Positions 33,849 to 45,315 are shown, numbered from the stretch's first letter. The stretch: 64,000 nucleotides of DNA from Minisyncoccota bacterium (GCA_041389065.1 JAWKSM010000002.1:1556-65555), one strand, 5' to 3'. Notes: a model not told the origin generated them from the sequence alone. Numbers and translations: made by a program.

Positions 33849-35060
33849 TTATTTTTTAAGAATTAGTTTAACAGCTTCATTTAGCTGATTATCTGTTTTA
33901 TTTTTTAAGTAAGCTTCTTCATCAAATGGAACAACGACATCCGGAGTTAGGCCATTTTTTGAAATTGAAGTTCCGTCTGGAGTTAGCCATTCCGCAACAG
34001 TTATTTTTAATTCTGTTTTATCTTTAAAGTTTATAATTTCCTGCACAGAACCTTTACCGAAAGTTTGATCTCCAACAAGCTTTGCAACGCCGTGTTCTTG
34101 AAGTGCTCCAGCCATAATTTCCGATGCAGACGCAGACCCACCGTCGACAAGCACAACCAAATCAAAATTACCTTGCAGTCTATTTCCGTTACTTCTATAA
34201 GTATGATTTTCCGCAGAGTTTGTAGAATTTTCGATAACAATAGTTTGACCTTCTTCAAGGAACCAACTTGTGATATTTACTGCCGAGCCAAGATAACCAC
34301 CAGGGTTTCCTCTTAAATCAACAATCAATTTTTTAGATTTTGAAGCAACAAATTCATCAAGTGCTTTTTCAAAATCAGATTCTGAATTTCTTGAGAAATC
34401 AAAAAGTCTAACTATGAAAACACCATCTTTTCGAAGCTCAGTTTCGACGGTTGGAATTTTAATTAAATCTCTAACAACACTTATTTCTATCGGCGAAGAA
34501 TTTCCTTCTCGGAGAATTGTAAGCTTAACAGATGTCCCCTTCTCCCCTCTTATAAGATCAATAGCACCGTCTATAGTTAACTTGTTTGCAACTTCATCTC
34601 CAATTTTTAGAATAATATCTCCAGCTTCAATCCCAGCTTTATCTGCTGGAGAATTTTTTATTGGCGAGATTACCACTAAGTTTTTTTCACGAACACCAAC
34701 TTCCATTCCGACACCAAAGAATTCTCCTGATAAGTCGATATTTAAATCCTCAGCTTCTTCAGGGGTGAAAAAATATGTGTACGGATCGCCGACAGAATCA
34801 ACCATTCCTTTTATTGCTCCCCAGATTTTTTCTTGTGAAGAAACCTTTGCACCATCAGGATGTCTTTCATTTATGACATTCCAGGCTTTCCAAAAATCAG
34901 CAAAGTCAGCATCAGAAACATCTTCCGGAATATTTTCTTTATTTGAAATTCCGTAAACTTTGTTTACTTCTGGAACATTATTAAAACCAATATAAAATCC
35001 TCCGACAAAAAAGAGTATTCCGATGATTATAAATTTTGAGACTTTTGCAATTTTTTTCAT
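33849..35060 (-). CDS. ctpA: Carboxy-terminal processing protease (S41)
   Basis: PDZ-like [19 protein letters not shown] and the S41 core ..[19 protein letters not shown]. Confidence 0.85.
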   Translation of the reverse strand: MKKIAKVSKFIIIGILFFVGGFYIGFNNVPEVNKVYGISNKENIPEDVSDADFADFWKAWNVINERHPDGAKVSSQEKIWGAIKGMVDSVGDPYTYFFTPEEAEDLNIDLSGEFFGVGMEVGVREKNLVVISPIKNSPADKAGIEAGDIILKIGDEVANKLTIDGAIDLIRGEKGTSVKLTILREGNSSPIEISVVRDLIKIPTVETELRKDGVFIVRLFDFSRNSESDFEKALDEFVASKSKKLIVDLRGNPGGYLGSAVNITSWFLEEGQTIVIENSTNSAENHTYRSNGNRLQGNFDLVVLVDGGSASASEIMAGALQEHGVAKLVGDQTFGKGSVQEIINFKDKTELKITVAEWLTPDGTSISKNGLTPDVVVPFDEEAYLKNKTDNQLNEAVKLILKK

Positions 35061-35063
35061 ATT

Positions 35064-36284
35064 TTATTCATTCAATTTTAAAGCTTCTTTTGTATAAATA
35101 TTTTTTGGATCCCAGAGCATCCAAGAATTTAGCCCAACATCATAAGTCGCATCTATCTGAGCCAGAACCATTTCTTTTGTATAATTTGCGCCCAGATCAA
35201 AGTCCTGGAGCCATGGTCTTAGTTTATTAATATCAACACCAAGCGCTTCTGCTCTTTTAACCGCGCTCCCCATAGACCTGTGTATTACATCATAAGGCTT
35301 TTCGGCCGGTTTTGCCATACCCGCCCAGTTGTTTGGAAAATGAGATGGATAAACCATTGGTGCAACATAGTCAAAATTTAACAGAGCGTCTTCCAGTATT
35401 TGTCCAATTCCTAAATCGTCTGTATTTGTTGTCGTCATTCCAAAAATATCTGCCGAAATTTTCATTTCACTACTACCCAAATTTTCTTTCAAATATTCAA
35501 AAAAAGATTTTAGAACTTCGTGCTTTACTTTTCCTTCGCTATATGGAAAATAAATATCTTTCATATTTCCGTCTGAAGGAAATCTAATATAATCAAAATT
35601 TATCTCATCGAAACCATACTCATAAGATATTTTTGCCAAATCGACGCTATACTTCCAAACTTTTTCTGAACCGGCATCGATCCAACTTATCCCTTTGTGA
35701 TCTTTCCAGGGTAAAGTTTTGTCACTTCCCTTTTTCACAGCTTCTTCTGGCCAAACAGAAACAAGGTGTGGATCTTGGAAAGTAGAAATTCTTCCGATTA
35801 CATAAATATTTTTATCATGAAGTCTTCCAATAAATTCTTTTATGTCAGAAATTCTTTTTTCTGAAGAGTTGATTTCATTGAAGGGTTTTTCGTCTATTAA
35901 AAAGGAGACTTTTCCAGTGTAATCTTTTATATCAATAATCACAGAATTAATTTCTGTCTCATCCATTATCTTTACAAGTTTTTCTCGAAAACTCGGCGTT
36001 CCTGCAACCCAGCTCGACATGTAGATAGCTTTTACTTCTTCTGGCGTTTTGACGTGAGTTACTGGAAATTCTTTTACTATAACTTTTTCGGGAACAACTT
36101 CTTCGATAATTTGATTAGAAGAAGTACTCAAGGCATTTACCAAAGAAGCTTCTTGTGAAGACTCACTTTCTACAACTCTCACACTTTGTGATTCATAAAC
36201 ATTTTTGCTTGGCATCAAGAAAAAAACACCAACAATTGCGGCAGATACTGGAGTTACAACAAAAAGTGTTTTTTTAATATCCAT
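35064..36284 (-). CDS. Secreted TIM-barrel glycoside-hydrolase-like protein (DUF4015-like)
   Basis: N-terminal TM/signal. VKAIYMSSWVAGTPSFREKLVKIMDETEINSVIIDIKDYTGKVSF resembles the DUF4015 putative glycosyl hydrolase pattern. Confidence 0.5.
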   Translation of the reverse strand: MDIKKTLFVVTPVSAAIVGVFFLMPSKNVYESQSVRVVESESSQEASLVNALSTSSNQIIEEVVPEKVIVKEFPVTHVKTPEEVKAIYMSSWVAGTPSFREKLVKIMDETEINSVIIDIKDYTGKVSFLIDEKPFNEINSSEKRISDIKEFIGRLHDKNIYVIGRISTFQDPHLVSVWPEEAVKKGSDKTLPWKDHKGISWIDAGSEKVWKYSVDLAKISYEYGFDEINFDYIRFPSDGNMKDIYFPYSEGKVKHEVLKSFFEYLKENLGSSEMKISADIFGMTTTNTDDLGIGQILEDALLNFDYVAPMVYPSHFPNNWAGMAKPAEKPYDVIHRSMGSAVKRAEALGVDINKLRPWLQDFDLGANYTKEMVLAQIDATYDVGLNSWMLWDPKNIYTKEALKLNE

Positions 36285-36286
36285 AT

Positions 36287-36805
36287 CTAAGAAATGTTTT
36301 CACTATCGCCATCACTTGAAATAACAATCACATCGTCATCTTCTTCTGGAAAATTATTTACTACCAGATTTTCTGTTTCTTCTACAATCTTTTCTTCTCT
36401 AACAAGTTTTGGTTTCGGTTTTGATCTAGATTTTCTAACTTTTATAACAGGTTCATAGTTTTCACGTTCCATGTCTTTAAAAGGATTTGAAAGGTCGGTC
36501 TTGGCTTCTTCTGGCGAAGTTTCTACAACCTTTTCTTTCTTTATCGATGAAATTATTGGTTCTCTTGTCGGTTTAACTTCTGGAGATTTTTTAAATCTAT
36601 TTTCTAGATTTTTCTTTTGAATATGAAAAAAGTTTTCTTCGGTTTCTTTTTTTGAAATTCCAGAAGAGTAAGATATTGCAATTAAAACTATTCCTGTGGC
36701 AATAAAAAGATAGTTTTTTATTTCTGTAGCAATACCAATAAAATTAGAAAGGATGATAATCCAGACTCCGATAAAAAGTAAAGTTTTTTCTTTAGGCATA
36801 GGCAA
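36287..36805 (-). CDS. Hypothetical two-TM protein with a charged tail
   Basis: 172 aa with native AT-rich codons. Confidence 0.55.
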   Translation of the reverse strand: MPMPKEKTLLFIGVWIIILSNFIGIATEIKNYLFIATGIVLIAISYSSGISKKETEENFFHIQKKNLENRFKKSPEVKPTREPIISSIKKEKVVETSPEEAKTDLSNPFKDMERENYEPVIKVRKSRSKPKPKLVREEKIVEETENLVVNNFPEEDDDVIVISSDGDSENIS

Positions 36806-36892
36806 TTCAACAATTCAGTTAGTAATATATTCATTATATTTTAAAAGGAAATATACACAAAACTGGGGATTACTCGAAAGTATTTTTTGAGT

Positions 36893-36921
36893 TTGACTTT
36901 ATGCTCAGATTTAAGTAATGT
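36893..36921 (+). promoter_or_regulatory. Promoter of cassette F
   Basis: TTGACT (36893-98), 17 nt, TAATGT (36916-21). Confidence 0.45.
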
Positions 36922-36940
36922 GAGAAAAAACCAGAACACC

Positions 36941-37228
36941 ATGGCAGACAAAGTAAACCCACGATATCAATGCAACATTTGTGGCAACTTCTTCTTTTCA
37001 CCTGCGGGCGGAAAGATGACCGAAGAAACGATTCAGATCACCAAAGAAGACGGCACTGATCGTGAAGAAAAAGTCTACTTCTGCCAATGCGATGAATGCA
37101 AAGTAACGCACGGTGGAGCTAGGAGACTTTGGCAAAGCCGTAAGAAGCTTGTTGCCTATCTTGGTCGCAATCGTCACAAAGAATTCCCAATTGTGGGTGA
37201 GCTGGGGCGTGTCCCACAAGCCACCTGA
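36941..37228 (+). CDS. Small zinc-ribbon-like protein (GC-rich cassette F)
   Basis: 95 aa from MADKVNPRYQCNICGN...VYFCQCDECKVTHGG..; CxxC plus CxCxxC. Basic C-terminal half. Confidence 0.55.
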   Translation: MADKVNPRYQCNICGNFFFSPAGGKMTEETIQITKEDGTDREEKVYFCQCDECKVTHGGARRLWQSRKKLVAYLGRNRHKEFPIVGELGRVPQAT

Positions 37229-37247
37229 TACATGAAGTAGGGGCAAT

Positions 37248-37276
37248 AGAGCGGGGTCGCTAAGCGACCCCGCTCT
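37248..37276. terminator. Strong terminator after cassette F, convergent with rsmI
   Basis: AGAGCGGGGTCGC-TAA-GCGACCCCGCTCT, a 13-bp perfect stem. Outer GTAGGGG/CCCCTAC can extend it. Confidence 0.85.
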
Positions 37277-37286
37277 TCACTTTCCC

Positions 37287-37961
37287 CTACCCCACAATAA
37301 CCACAAACTCACCTCTAACCTTATCTTTATTTTCTTTAAAATAATTCAAAACTTCTTTTGCATTTCCAGATACAACTTCTTCAAACATTTTTGTAAGTTC
37401 ACGAGCCACGACAACCCTTCTGTCTTCATCTAAATGTGACACCAAAGACTCGAGAGTTTTTTCTATTCTGTGTGGCGATTCATAAAAAACAGAAGTTCGT
37501 GAACTTTCAGATATTTCTTTAAAAAGAGTTTCCCTCCCCTTTTTGTGTGGAAGAAATCCGTAAAATGTAAATTGTGGAGAAGGAATTCCAGAAACAGAAA
37601 GCGCTGTAGTCAAAGCTGACGCGCCGGGAATTGGGATTATTTTAACTTCTGGTAATTCTTTTTTTATTAGTTCAATCAGCAAAACTCCAGGATCTGATAT
37701 TGTTGGGGTTCCGGCATCTGAAACCAAGGCCAGAGATTTTCCTTCAGAAAGTAGGGTTATTATTTTGTCGTGTTTTTGGATCGTGCTGTTGGCGTGATAG
37801 CTCATTGTTGGCACGGAAATGCCATAATGCGATAGCAATTTCCCTGTGACGCGTGTATCCTCACAAAGCACCAAATCAACACTCTTAAGCGTTTCCAGAG
37901 CCCGTAGAGTTATATCTCCCAGGTTCCCTATTGGTGTGCAGATAATGTATAGATTTGCCAT
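37287..37961 (-). CDS. rsmI: 16S rRNA (cytidine1402-2'-O)-methyltransferase
   Basis: MANLYIICTPIGNLGDITLRALETLKSVDLVLCEDTR is a typical RsmI/tetrapyrrole-methylase fold. Confidence 0.85.
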   Translation of the reverse strand: MANLYIICTPIGNLGDITLRALETLKSVDLVLCEDTRVTGKLLSHYGISVPTMSYHANSTIQKHDKIITLLSEGKSLALVSDAGTPTISDPGVLLIELIKKELPEVKIIPIPGASALTTALSVSGIPSPQFTFYGFLPHKKGRETLFKEISESSRTSVFYESPHRIEKTLESLVSHLDEDRRVVVARELTKMFEEVVSGNAKEVLNYFKENKDKVRGEFVVIVG

Positions 37962-37974
37962 GGGAATACTATAC

Positions 37975-38003
37975 TTGACTTATGAGTGATTGTCTAGTAT
38001 AAA
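37975..38003 (+). promoter_or_regulatory. Promoter of cassette G
   Basis: TTGACT (37975-80), 17 nt, TATAAA (37998-38003). Confidence 0.45.
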
Positions 38004-38023
38004 GTATAAAACTCAAAGTACAC

Positions 38024-38458
38024 ATGAACCCCAAAATGTCACCGAGAGGAGAAAATCTTCTCCAAACAGCCTCAGAATTATTACCCGCTTTCTTGAACCA
38101 GAACAAGAAATTTCTTGGAGGAAGAGAAGGTGGCTGCTTGGCGATACTTGATAAGTTCGGTAGCTTTCGTGAGACAATTCACTTATTCGATATTGGTGAA
38201 ATCCCCTTGGGCAAACTGAATGAGAAGAGGGCTTTTGCAAAAGAGAAGGTGTTTCGAGTCACACACATGAACGAAACTCACAAACACCTCACGAGCTTCG
38301 AAAGCGAGAACTCTGGTAACAGGCAGTACGGTGGAGGTATCAAGATGGACGATGGCCTGTTTGTGTCGTTTAGCGGATTTCCAGCACACCTAGATCAAGA
38401 TTTTGTTATCCTTGCTGGTCTTTTTTCCTATGAAATGACATTAGAGCAAGCTGTTTGA
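38024..38458 (+). CDS. Hypothetical 144 aa protein (GC-rich cassette G), weakly GlcG/HbpS (DUF336)-like
   Basis: ..GGCLAILDKFGS.. and ..YGGGIKMDDGLFVSFSGFPAHLDQDFVILAG echo the DUF336 pattern GG.pi..dG..iGaiGvSG....D. This is weak, by-eye resemblance. Confidence 0.5.
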   Translation: MNPKMSPRGENLLQTASELLPAFLNQNKKFLGGREGGCLAILDKFGSFRETIHLFDIGEIPLGKLNEKRAFAKEKVFRVTHMNETHKHLTSFESENSGNRQYGGGIKMDDGLFVSFSGFPAHLDQDFVILAGLFSYEMTLEQAV

Positions 38459-38523
38459 TATAAAGTGGGAAAACCAAAACTAATGAACCTCAAACCTGAA
38501 GCTGACCCAAAAAATTTTCAGAA

Positions 38524-38751
38524 ATGGAAGATGTTGAAAGAAAAATTGATGAGGCTTGGGCAAAAATAGAAAAACATAAATTCAATCTAAGAGAAGTAGA
38601 TAGAATAATGAAAAATATAGATGAATTAATGATTATCTATGAAGAGTGTATTAAAAATGCTGGTTATAGAAATTTTGAACAACGAGCAAAAGAACGTTAC
38701 AAGGCTCGCCTATGGAAAGAAAAGATGAAAAAAGACAATAGTAGACAATGA
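38524..38751 (+). CDS. Hypothetical 75 aa helical, charged protein
   Basis: AT-rich native codon usage. It shares the terminator at 38771-38800 with cassette G. Confidence 0.45.
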   Translation: MEDVERKIDEAWAKIEKHKFNLREVDRIMKNIDELMIIYEECIKNAGYRNFEQRAKERYKARLWKEKMKKDNSRQ

Positions 38752-38770
38752 GTCCAATCATACCCCAGAG

Positions 38771-38800
38771 GAAAACACCTTGCGGGGTGTTTTTCTTTTT
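38771..38800 (+). terminator. Intrinsic terminator
   Basis: AAAACACC-TTGCGG-GGTGTTTT plus a T-run. Confidence 0.75.
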
Positions 38801-38871
38801 AATAAACCACAAAGAGATAATCGTAGAGATTTCGACGCTTAAAATATATCGTAAATAAATTTATTTAATTT

Positions 38872-38954
38872 GCTTTAGAAAGTGATGCTAGCTTAGCTCG
38901 GAAAAAGAAGTGTATAGACACTTCTTTTTCGGGCGAGTTCATCACTTTCTTAGC
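38872..38954. repeat. Orphan 83-nt long imperfect hairpin
   Basis: Outer 11 bp AGAAAGTGATG/CATCACTTTCT, middle CTCG/CGAG, inner 12 bp GAAAAAGAAGTG-TATAGA-CACTTCTTTTTC. It lies in a noncoding gap; the listed ORFs across it look spurious. Confidence 0.6.
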
Positions 38955-39082
38955 TAAAATTGAATAAATTTTAGATATATTTTTCTGCGTCTTGAACTTT
39001 TGTTTCTTTTCCTTCAAGGGAAAAGAAAATAGACTTTTCATTAAAAAAGCAAAAACAAATCTTGTTTTTAAAAGAGAAATCA

Positions 39083-39104
39083 AAAAAGCCCTCTCGGGCT
39101 TTTT
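39083..39104. terminator. Terminator of the atp operon
   Basis: AAAAAGCCC-TCTC-GGGCTTTTT. Confidence 0.85.
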
Positions 39105-39108
39105 TAAA

Positions 39109-39533
39109 CTACTTCTTCCACTTACTCCCCACCTTAATTCTATTAAGCTCCTTATCAATCAAAGCTTTAACTTTCGCATCATCAACTTCTTCTTCGTCTT
39201 TTATTCGCTCTCGCAAATCCTCAGCTCGCTTGTAAGCTTCTTCTGCTCTGTTTAGATCAATCAAATGAGCCATTTCAGATCTTTCTGCTAAAATCACAAC
39301 TTTACTATCTCTTTGAACTTCAAGTATTCCGATAGAAACTGCCAGAGCAAAAACCTCGCCATCTTTTCCAACTTTTATCTGACCAGTTTTAATATTTGTT
39401 ACAAGTGGAATGTGGTCTGGTAAAACAGTAATCTCACCATTTCCGTCATGATATTTACATAAGAAATTTCGTCATCTTCGTAGATAACAGAATCTGGTGT
39501 GATTATTTTAAGTTGTAATTTTTTATTACTCAT
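39109..39533 (-). CDS. atpC: F1 ATP synthase epsilon subunit, with one frameshift (~39454-39456)
   Basis: MSNKKLQLKIITPDSVIYEDDEIS.., then in the next frame HDGNGEITVLPDHIPLVTNIKTGQIKVGKDGE..., joining the listed 62 aa ORF. Last gene of the atp operon. Confidence 0.8.
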
Positions 39534-39536
39534 CTT

Positions 39537-40961
<1,425 letters not shown>

Positions 40962-41861
40962 TTAACTCATTGCTGCTGCACCACCGACTATTTCTGCAAT
41001 TTCTTGCGTAATGGCACCTTGTCTTACTCTGTTATAATAAAGCGTTAATTCAGAAACCATCGTGTTTGCGCTGTCGTTTGCGTTTCTCATTGCGAACATT
41101 CGAGAGCTGTGTTCTGAGGCGAGAGATTCGAGAAATGTGTGAAAGATTGCTTGTTCTAAAAGTTGAGTTATAACTGTGTCTAAAATTTCTGCTTCGTTTG
41201 GCTCAAATGCATAGAGTCCCAGGTTTTTCTTCTCACCATTTTTTATTTCTTTAAAATCTGTGTCTGGTAAAAGTAAATCTTTGTAAATATTTTCTTTGAT
41301 TGGAAGAACTTGCATCAAAAACGGTTTGTAACTTGTCGATGATTTGAATTCTGTGTAAAGAACTTTTACTGATTCGTACTTCCCTGTTTTAAATTCATTG
41401 ACCAAAATATCTCGTATTGTTAAAAATTCTTCTGAAGAACTTTTTTCTGAAAAATCGATGAAACTTGCAACAATATTTAATCCATTTCTTCTTGCTGATT
41501 TTTCTGATTGTTTACCAATAGTTATACAATTGATTTCTTTTTTTGAAGAAGATTTGTATTTTGCCAAAGCTTTTGAAATATTTGCGTTATAAGCTCCAGC
41601 CAAACCTTTATTCGAAGATATCACGATCAGCAAAACCTTTTCTCCTTTTTTATTTTCCAAAAAAGGATGAGAAATATGACGTTCGCCAGCAATATGATGA
41701 AGAAGTTCCAGAGCATATTTAGAATATGCTCGACCACGAACAACTCTTTCTGTTGTCTTTTTCATTTTAGAAACAGAAACCATTTCCATAGTTTTTGTTA
41801 TCTTTTTTATATTATTAACAGATTTGATTTTCTGTTTTATTGCTTTCGTGGCAAGTCCCAT
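40962..41861 (-). CDS. atpG: F1 ATP synthase gamma subunit
   Basis: N-terminal IKSVNNIKKITKTMEMVS and C-terminal ITQEIAEIVGGA. Confidence 0.9.
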   Translation of the reverse strand: MGLATKAIKQKIKSVNNIKKITKTMEMVSVSKMKKTTERVVRGRAYSKYALELLHHIAGERHISHPFLENKKGEKVLLIVISSNKGLAGAYNANISKALAKYKSSSKKEINCITIGKQSEKSARRNGLNIVASFIDFSEKSSSEEFLTIRDILVNEFKTGKYESVKVLYTEFKSSTSYKPFLMQVLPIKENIYKDLLLPDTDFKEIKNGEKKNLGLYAFEPNEAEILDTVITQLLEQAIFHTFLESLASEHSSRMFAMRNANDSANTMVSELTLYYNRVRQGAITQEIAEIVGGAAAMS

Positions 41862-41870
41862 AAATATTTT

Positions 41871-43364
41871 TTATAAACTCATTTTGAAATCTTTCAAAGA
41901 TGTTTCAAGTGAAGATTTTATTTCATCAGTCCAATCTTTTTCAATTTTTGAAAGTAGGTCTTTTCTAGAAATTGAAAAGAATTTATGCAAATCTTTTTCA
42001 ACTTTTCTAACATCTTCTACTTTCGTATCATCGAAAAATCCTGCGTTCATCGCGAAAATAGAAACAACTTGTAAAGAAACTGGCATTGGAGAAAATTGAT
42101 CTTGTTTTAGAAGTTCTGTAACTCTTTTTCCTCTTTCGATAACCTTCTTTGTTTCAGGATCAAGATCTGAGTCGAATTGTGAGAAAGATTCAAGCTCTCT
42201 GTATTGCGCCATCGCAAGTTTTAAAGTTCCGGCATTTTTCTTCATTGATTTTATTTGTGCAGAACCACCAACACGCGACACAGAAAGTCCGGCGTTTATC
42301 GCAGGTCGAATTCCTTTGTAAAACAAATCCGTTTCAAGGAAAATCTGTCCGTCTGTAATAGAAATAACGATTGTCGGAATATATCCAGACACGTCACCTG
42401 CTTGAGTTTCAATTATCGGAAGCGCGGTAATAGATCCACCTCCGTGATTTTGGTTTTTTCGACAAGCTCGTTCTAGAAGTCTTGAATGTAGATAAAAAAC
42501 GTCTCCAGGATAAGCTTCTCGACCAGGTGGACGTCGAAGTAAAAGAGAGATTTCTCGATAAGCCACAGCGTGCTTTGAAAGATCATCGTAAACGATCAAA
42601 ACATCTTCACCCTTGTCCATAAAATATTCAGCAATAGCAACTCCAGAATATGGAGCAAGATAAAGCATTGCTGGGTTGTCAGACGCACTAGCAGCGACAA
42701 CTGTTGTGTATTCCATTGCCCCAGCTTCTTCAAGCTTTGAAACAATTCTTGCGATTTTTGATTGCTTTTGACCAATAGCAACATAAACACATTTCATGTT
42801 CTGTCCTTTTTGGTTGATTATTGTATCGATTGCAATTGCAGTTTTTCCTGTTTGTCTGTCACCAATAATAAGCTCTCGTTGTCCGCGGCCAACTGGAATC
42901 ATGGCGTCGATTGATTTAATTCCTGTTTGAACTGGTTGGTTTACAGGTTCTCGTGTCATCACGCCCGGTGCAATTTTTTCTACCAAAACTTCTTTTGATT
43001 TTGTGATCTCACCTTTTCCGTCGATTGGTCTTGCCAAAGAGTCAACAACCCGGCCAACAATATCATCGCCGACAGGAATAGAAAGAATTTTATTTGTTCT
43101 AACAACACTGTCGCCCTCTTTAATAGAACTAAATTCTCCAAGAATAATAACTCCGATAAAATCCTCTTCAAGGTTTAGAGCCAATCCAAGCGCGCCATTT
43201 GAAAAAGAAACAATCTCAGAAGCTTTTACGTTTGGAAGCCCTGACACTTTTGCGATACCATCAAACACACTCACGACTTCACCAGTTTCACTTTCTAAAA
43301 CTTCTGGTTTAAAATCCGCTATTTTATTTTTTAAACTTTTTATGAATTCTTCTGTTTTAGTCAT
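41871..43364 (-). CDS. atpA: F1 ATP synthase alpha subunit
   Basis: [18 protein letters not shown] Walker A; 497 aa. Confidence 0.95.
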   Translation of the reverse strand: MTKTEEFIKSLKNKIADFKPEVLESETGEVVSVFDGIAKVSGLPNVKASEIVSFSNGALGLALNLEEDFIGVIILGEFSSIKEGDSVVRTNKILSIPVGDDIVGRVVDSLARPIDGKGEITKSKEVLVEKIAPGVMTREPVNQPVQTGIKSIDAMIPVGRGQRELIIGDRQTGKTAIAIDTIINQKGQNMKCVYVAIGQKQSKIARIVSKLEEAGAMEYTTVVAASASDNPAMLYLAPYSGVAIAEYFMDKGEDVLIVYDDLSKHAVAYREISLLLRRPPGREAYPGDVFYLHSRLLERACRKNQNHGGGSITALPIIETQAGDVSGYIPTIVISITDGQIFLETDLFYKGIRPAINAGLSVSRVGGSAQIKSMKKNAGTLKLAMAQYRELESFSQFDSDLDPETKKVIERGKRVTELLKQDQFSPMPVSLQVVSIFAMNAGFFDDTKVEDVRKVEKDLHKFFSISRKDLLSKIEKDWTDEIKSSLETSLKDFKMSL

Positions 43365-43367
43365 AAG

Positions 43368-43751
43368 CTATATTGTTAATGATTCTCTTAAAAATTGAAT
43401 GTTTCTTTTTACGCTCGCGTCCATTATTTTGTTATTCCCTTTGACGACAAATCCTCCGATCAAATCTTCGTCAATAGAAACTTTAAACGTGTTTCCTTTT
43501 TCTTTTGATGCAAAAGATTTAATTTTCTCGACAAGTTCTTTATCAAATTCGTGAGAAGTTGTTATGTGGATTGTCTTTTTGTTTAAATCTTTAACATTTT
43601 CAAGTTCGAGTTTTCTTAAAATATTTGGCAAAAGATGAAGTAAATGATTTTTCTTCAAATATTCTAAAAGTTTATCGCAAAAACCATCGACGTCTTTCGA
43701 AGATGAAATATGATTTTTAATTGTTTCTACGATAATTTGAGAAGAAACCAT
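43368..43751 (-). CDS. atpH: F1 ATP synthase delta (OSCP) subunit, short form
   Basis: Position between atpF and atpA. C-terminal ..DEDLIGGFVVKGNNKIMDASVK is typical of delta. Confidence 0.75.
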   Translation of the reverse strand: MVSSQIIVETIKNHISSSKDVDGFCDKLLEYLKKNHLLHLLPNILRKLELENVKDLNKKTIHITTSHEFDKELVEKIKSFASKEKGNTFKVSIDEDLIGGFVVKGNNKIMDASVKRNIQFLRESLTI

Positions 43752-43755
43752 AAAT

Positions 43756-44241
43756 TTATTTTAATAAACCTTCTGCAAAAGATTCTGCTTTCTTTTTATC
43801 CATTTGATCTTTTGAAACTTTTGTTACACCGTCCAAAACCAAATCGACAAAATCTTTTTGAATTTTCTTTTCTGTGCTTTCTTTGATTTTTTCTAAATCT
43901 TTCAAAGCGCTTTCTTTGATTTTATCTGCTTCCAAAGAACCTTCTTTTTTAGATTCTGAAATTATAAGCTTTGCTTTTTTATCAGCATCTTCAGTAATTT
44001 TTTTAGATTCTTTTTGAGCATCTTTTAAAATCTCTTCTTTTTCTGTGTTTGCATTTATAAGCATTGATTCTGCTCTTTTTGCATCTTCAAGTCCTTTGTT
44101 TATAGTGTCTTGTCTTTCTTTGATAGTTTTCTTGATTGGTTTAAAAAGAAATTTTTTTATAAGGAAAAATACAATCAAAAAGTTAACCAGGTTTGCTAGT
44201 GCAACCTGCCAATCAAAACCAACTTTTCCTAAGATTTCCAT
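43756..44241 (-). CDS. atpF: F0 ATP synthase b subunit
   Basis: N-terminal TM plus a long charged helix; operon position. Confidence 0.8.
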   Translation of the reverse strand: MEILGKVGFDWQVALANLVNFLIVFFLIKKFLFKPIKKTIKERQDTINKGLEDAKRAESMLINANTEKEEILKDAQKESKKITEDADKKAKLIISESKKEGSLEADKIKESALKDLEKIKESTEKKIQKDFVDLVLDGVTKVSKDQMDKKKAESFAEGLLK

Positions 44242-44260
44242 ATAAAATATTTACTAAAAA

Positions 44261-44488
44261 TTAAAGCAAGAAGAATGCAACAAGTGCGTAAATCGCAGTT
44301 GATTCTGCAAGCGCAACACCAATAATCATTTTTGAGAAGATTGATCCTGTTTGATCTGGATTTCTTCCAATAGCTTCCAAACCCTTACCGATCAAATATC
44401 CTTCACCTAACGCTGAACCAAACATTGAAAGTGTTGCAATACCTTTTGCTAAAACTCTTGCTGATTCAAAATCCATATTTCCATCCAT
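44261..44488 (-). CDS. atpE: F0 ATP synthase c subunit
   Basis: A 75 aa hairpin protein with ..GRNPDQ.. loop and ..ALAESTAIYALVAFFLL. Confidence 0.9.
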   Translation of the reverse strand: MDGNMDFESARVLAKGIATLSMFGSALGEGYLIGKGLEAIGRNPDQTGSIFSKMIIGVALAESTAIYALVAFFLL

Positions 44489-44531
44489 ATATTTTTTTAT
44501 CGCCGTAGCGAACTAATTATAATTAATAAAC

Positions 44532-45314
44532 TTATTTATCTTCGTCTGGTTTTATCGAAAGCATGTAGTAAGCGGTCACAAGTGATCCGAAAACTAAAGC
44601 TTGAATCAAACCAGATAAAATATTCATCGACAACCACAGCGCTGGTACCAGATATGCAAATCCGCCCATAATTATGATCATCAGCACTTCCCCCGCGTAC
44701 ATGTTTCCAAATAAACGAAGAGAAAGAGAGAATATTTTAGCAAATTCACCAACAATATCCAGAAGTCCGATGGCGAAATCGATAACCGACATAATACCAT
44801 CTTTCAAGCCACTTTTAAAGCCTCTGTATACATCTTTAAATTTTACGAATTTATTTATGTGATCGATAATTCCCCATTCATACATACTCACGAATTGCAA
44901 AACCAAAACAGAACCAAAAGCCAAAACAAAAGTTGTGTTGAAATCAGCTGTCGGTGTTCTGAACAAAGAAACTCCGTTAAAAGTTATTGTAGTGAGCCCG
45001 GGAATAAGACCAATAAGATTTGAAATTCCAACGAAAATAAAGATTGTCGCGATTATCGGGAAAATTTTATTTGTTCGTTCTCTGCTGTCTGTTATTTGAT
45101 CAAGAAATCCTGCAATTCCTTCGTATAACATTTCCACGACAGACTGAGCATTTCCAGGTTTTACTTTAAATTTTCTTACAACAAAATAACAAAACAGCGC
45201 TAGACACAAAATTATAAAAATTAAAAAGGTTGTAGAATTCGCTATTCTAAAATCACCAATTGTAAAAACTGTTTCTGGTCCTATTGGTGAAATTTCTCGT
45301 GATATTCCAAGCAT
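44532..45314 (-). CDS. atpB: F0 ATP synthase a subunit
   Basis: ..SLSLRLFGNMYAGEVL.. conserved Arg motif. Confidence 0.9.
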   Translation of the reverse strand: MLGISREISPIGPETVFTIGDFRIANSTTFLIFIILCLALFCYFVVRKFKVKPGNAQSVVEMLYEGIAGFLDQITDSRERTNKIFPIIATIFIFVGISNLIGLIPGLTTITFNGVSLFRTPTADFNTTFVLAFGSVLVLQFVSMYEWGIIDHINKFVKFKDVYRGFKSGLKDGIMSVIDFAIGLLDIVGEFAKIFSLSLRLFGNMYAGEVLMIIIMGGFAYLVPALWLSMNILSGLIQALVFGSLVTAYYMLSIKPDEDK

Positions 45315-45315
45315 A

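Noticed and set aside
38865-39255. Listed ORFs of 97 aa (minus), 87 aa (plus) and others in the gap downstream of atpC.
   Set aside because: - They overlap the atpC 3' end and the atp terminator.
- They are low-complexity (K/F/L-rich).
- They are explained by the long hairpin and AT-rich spacer.
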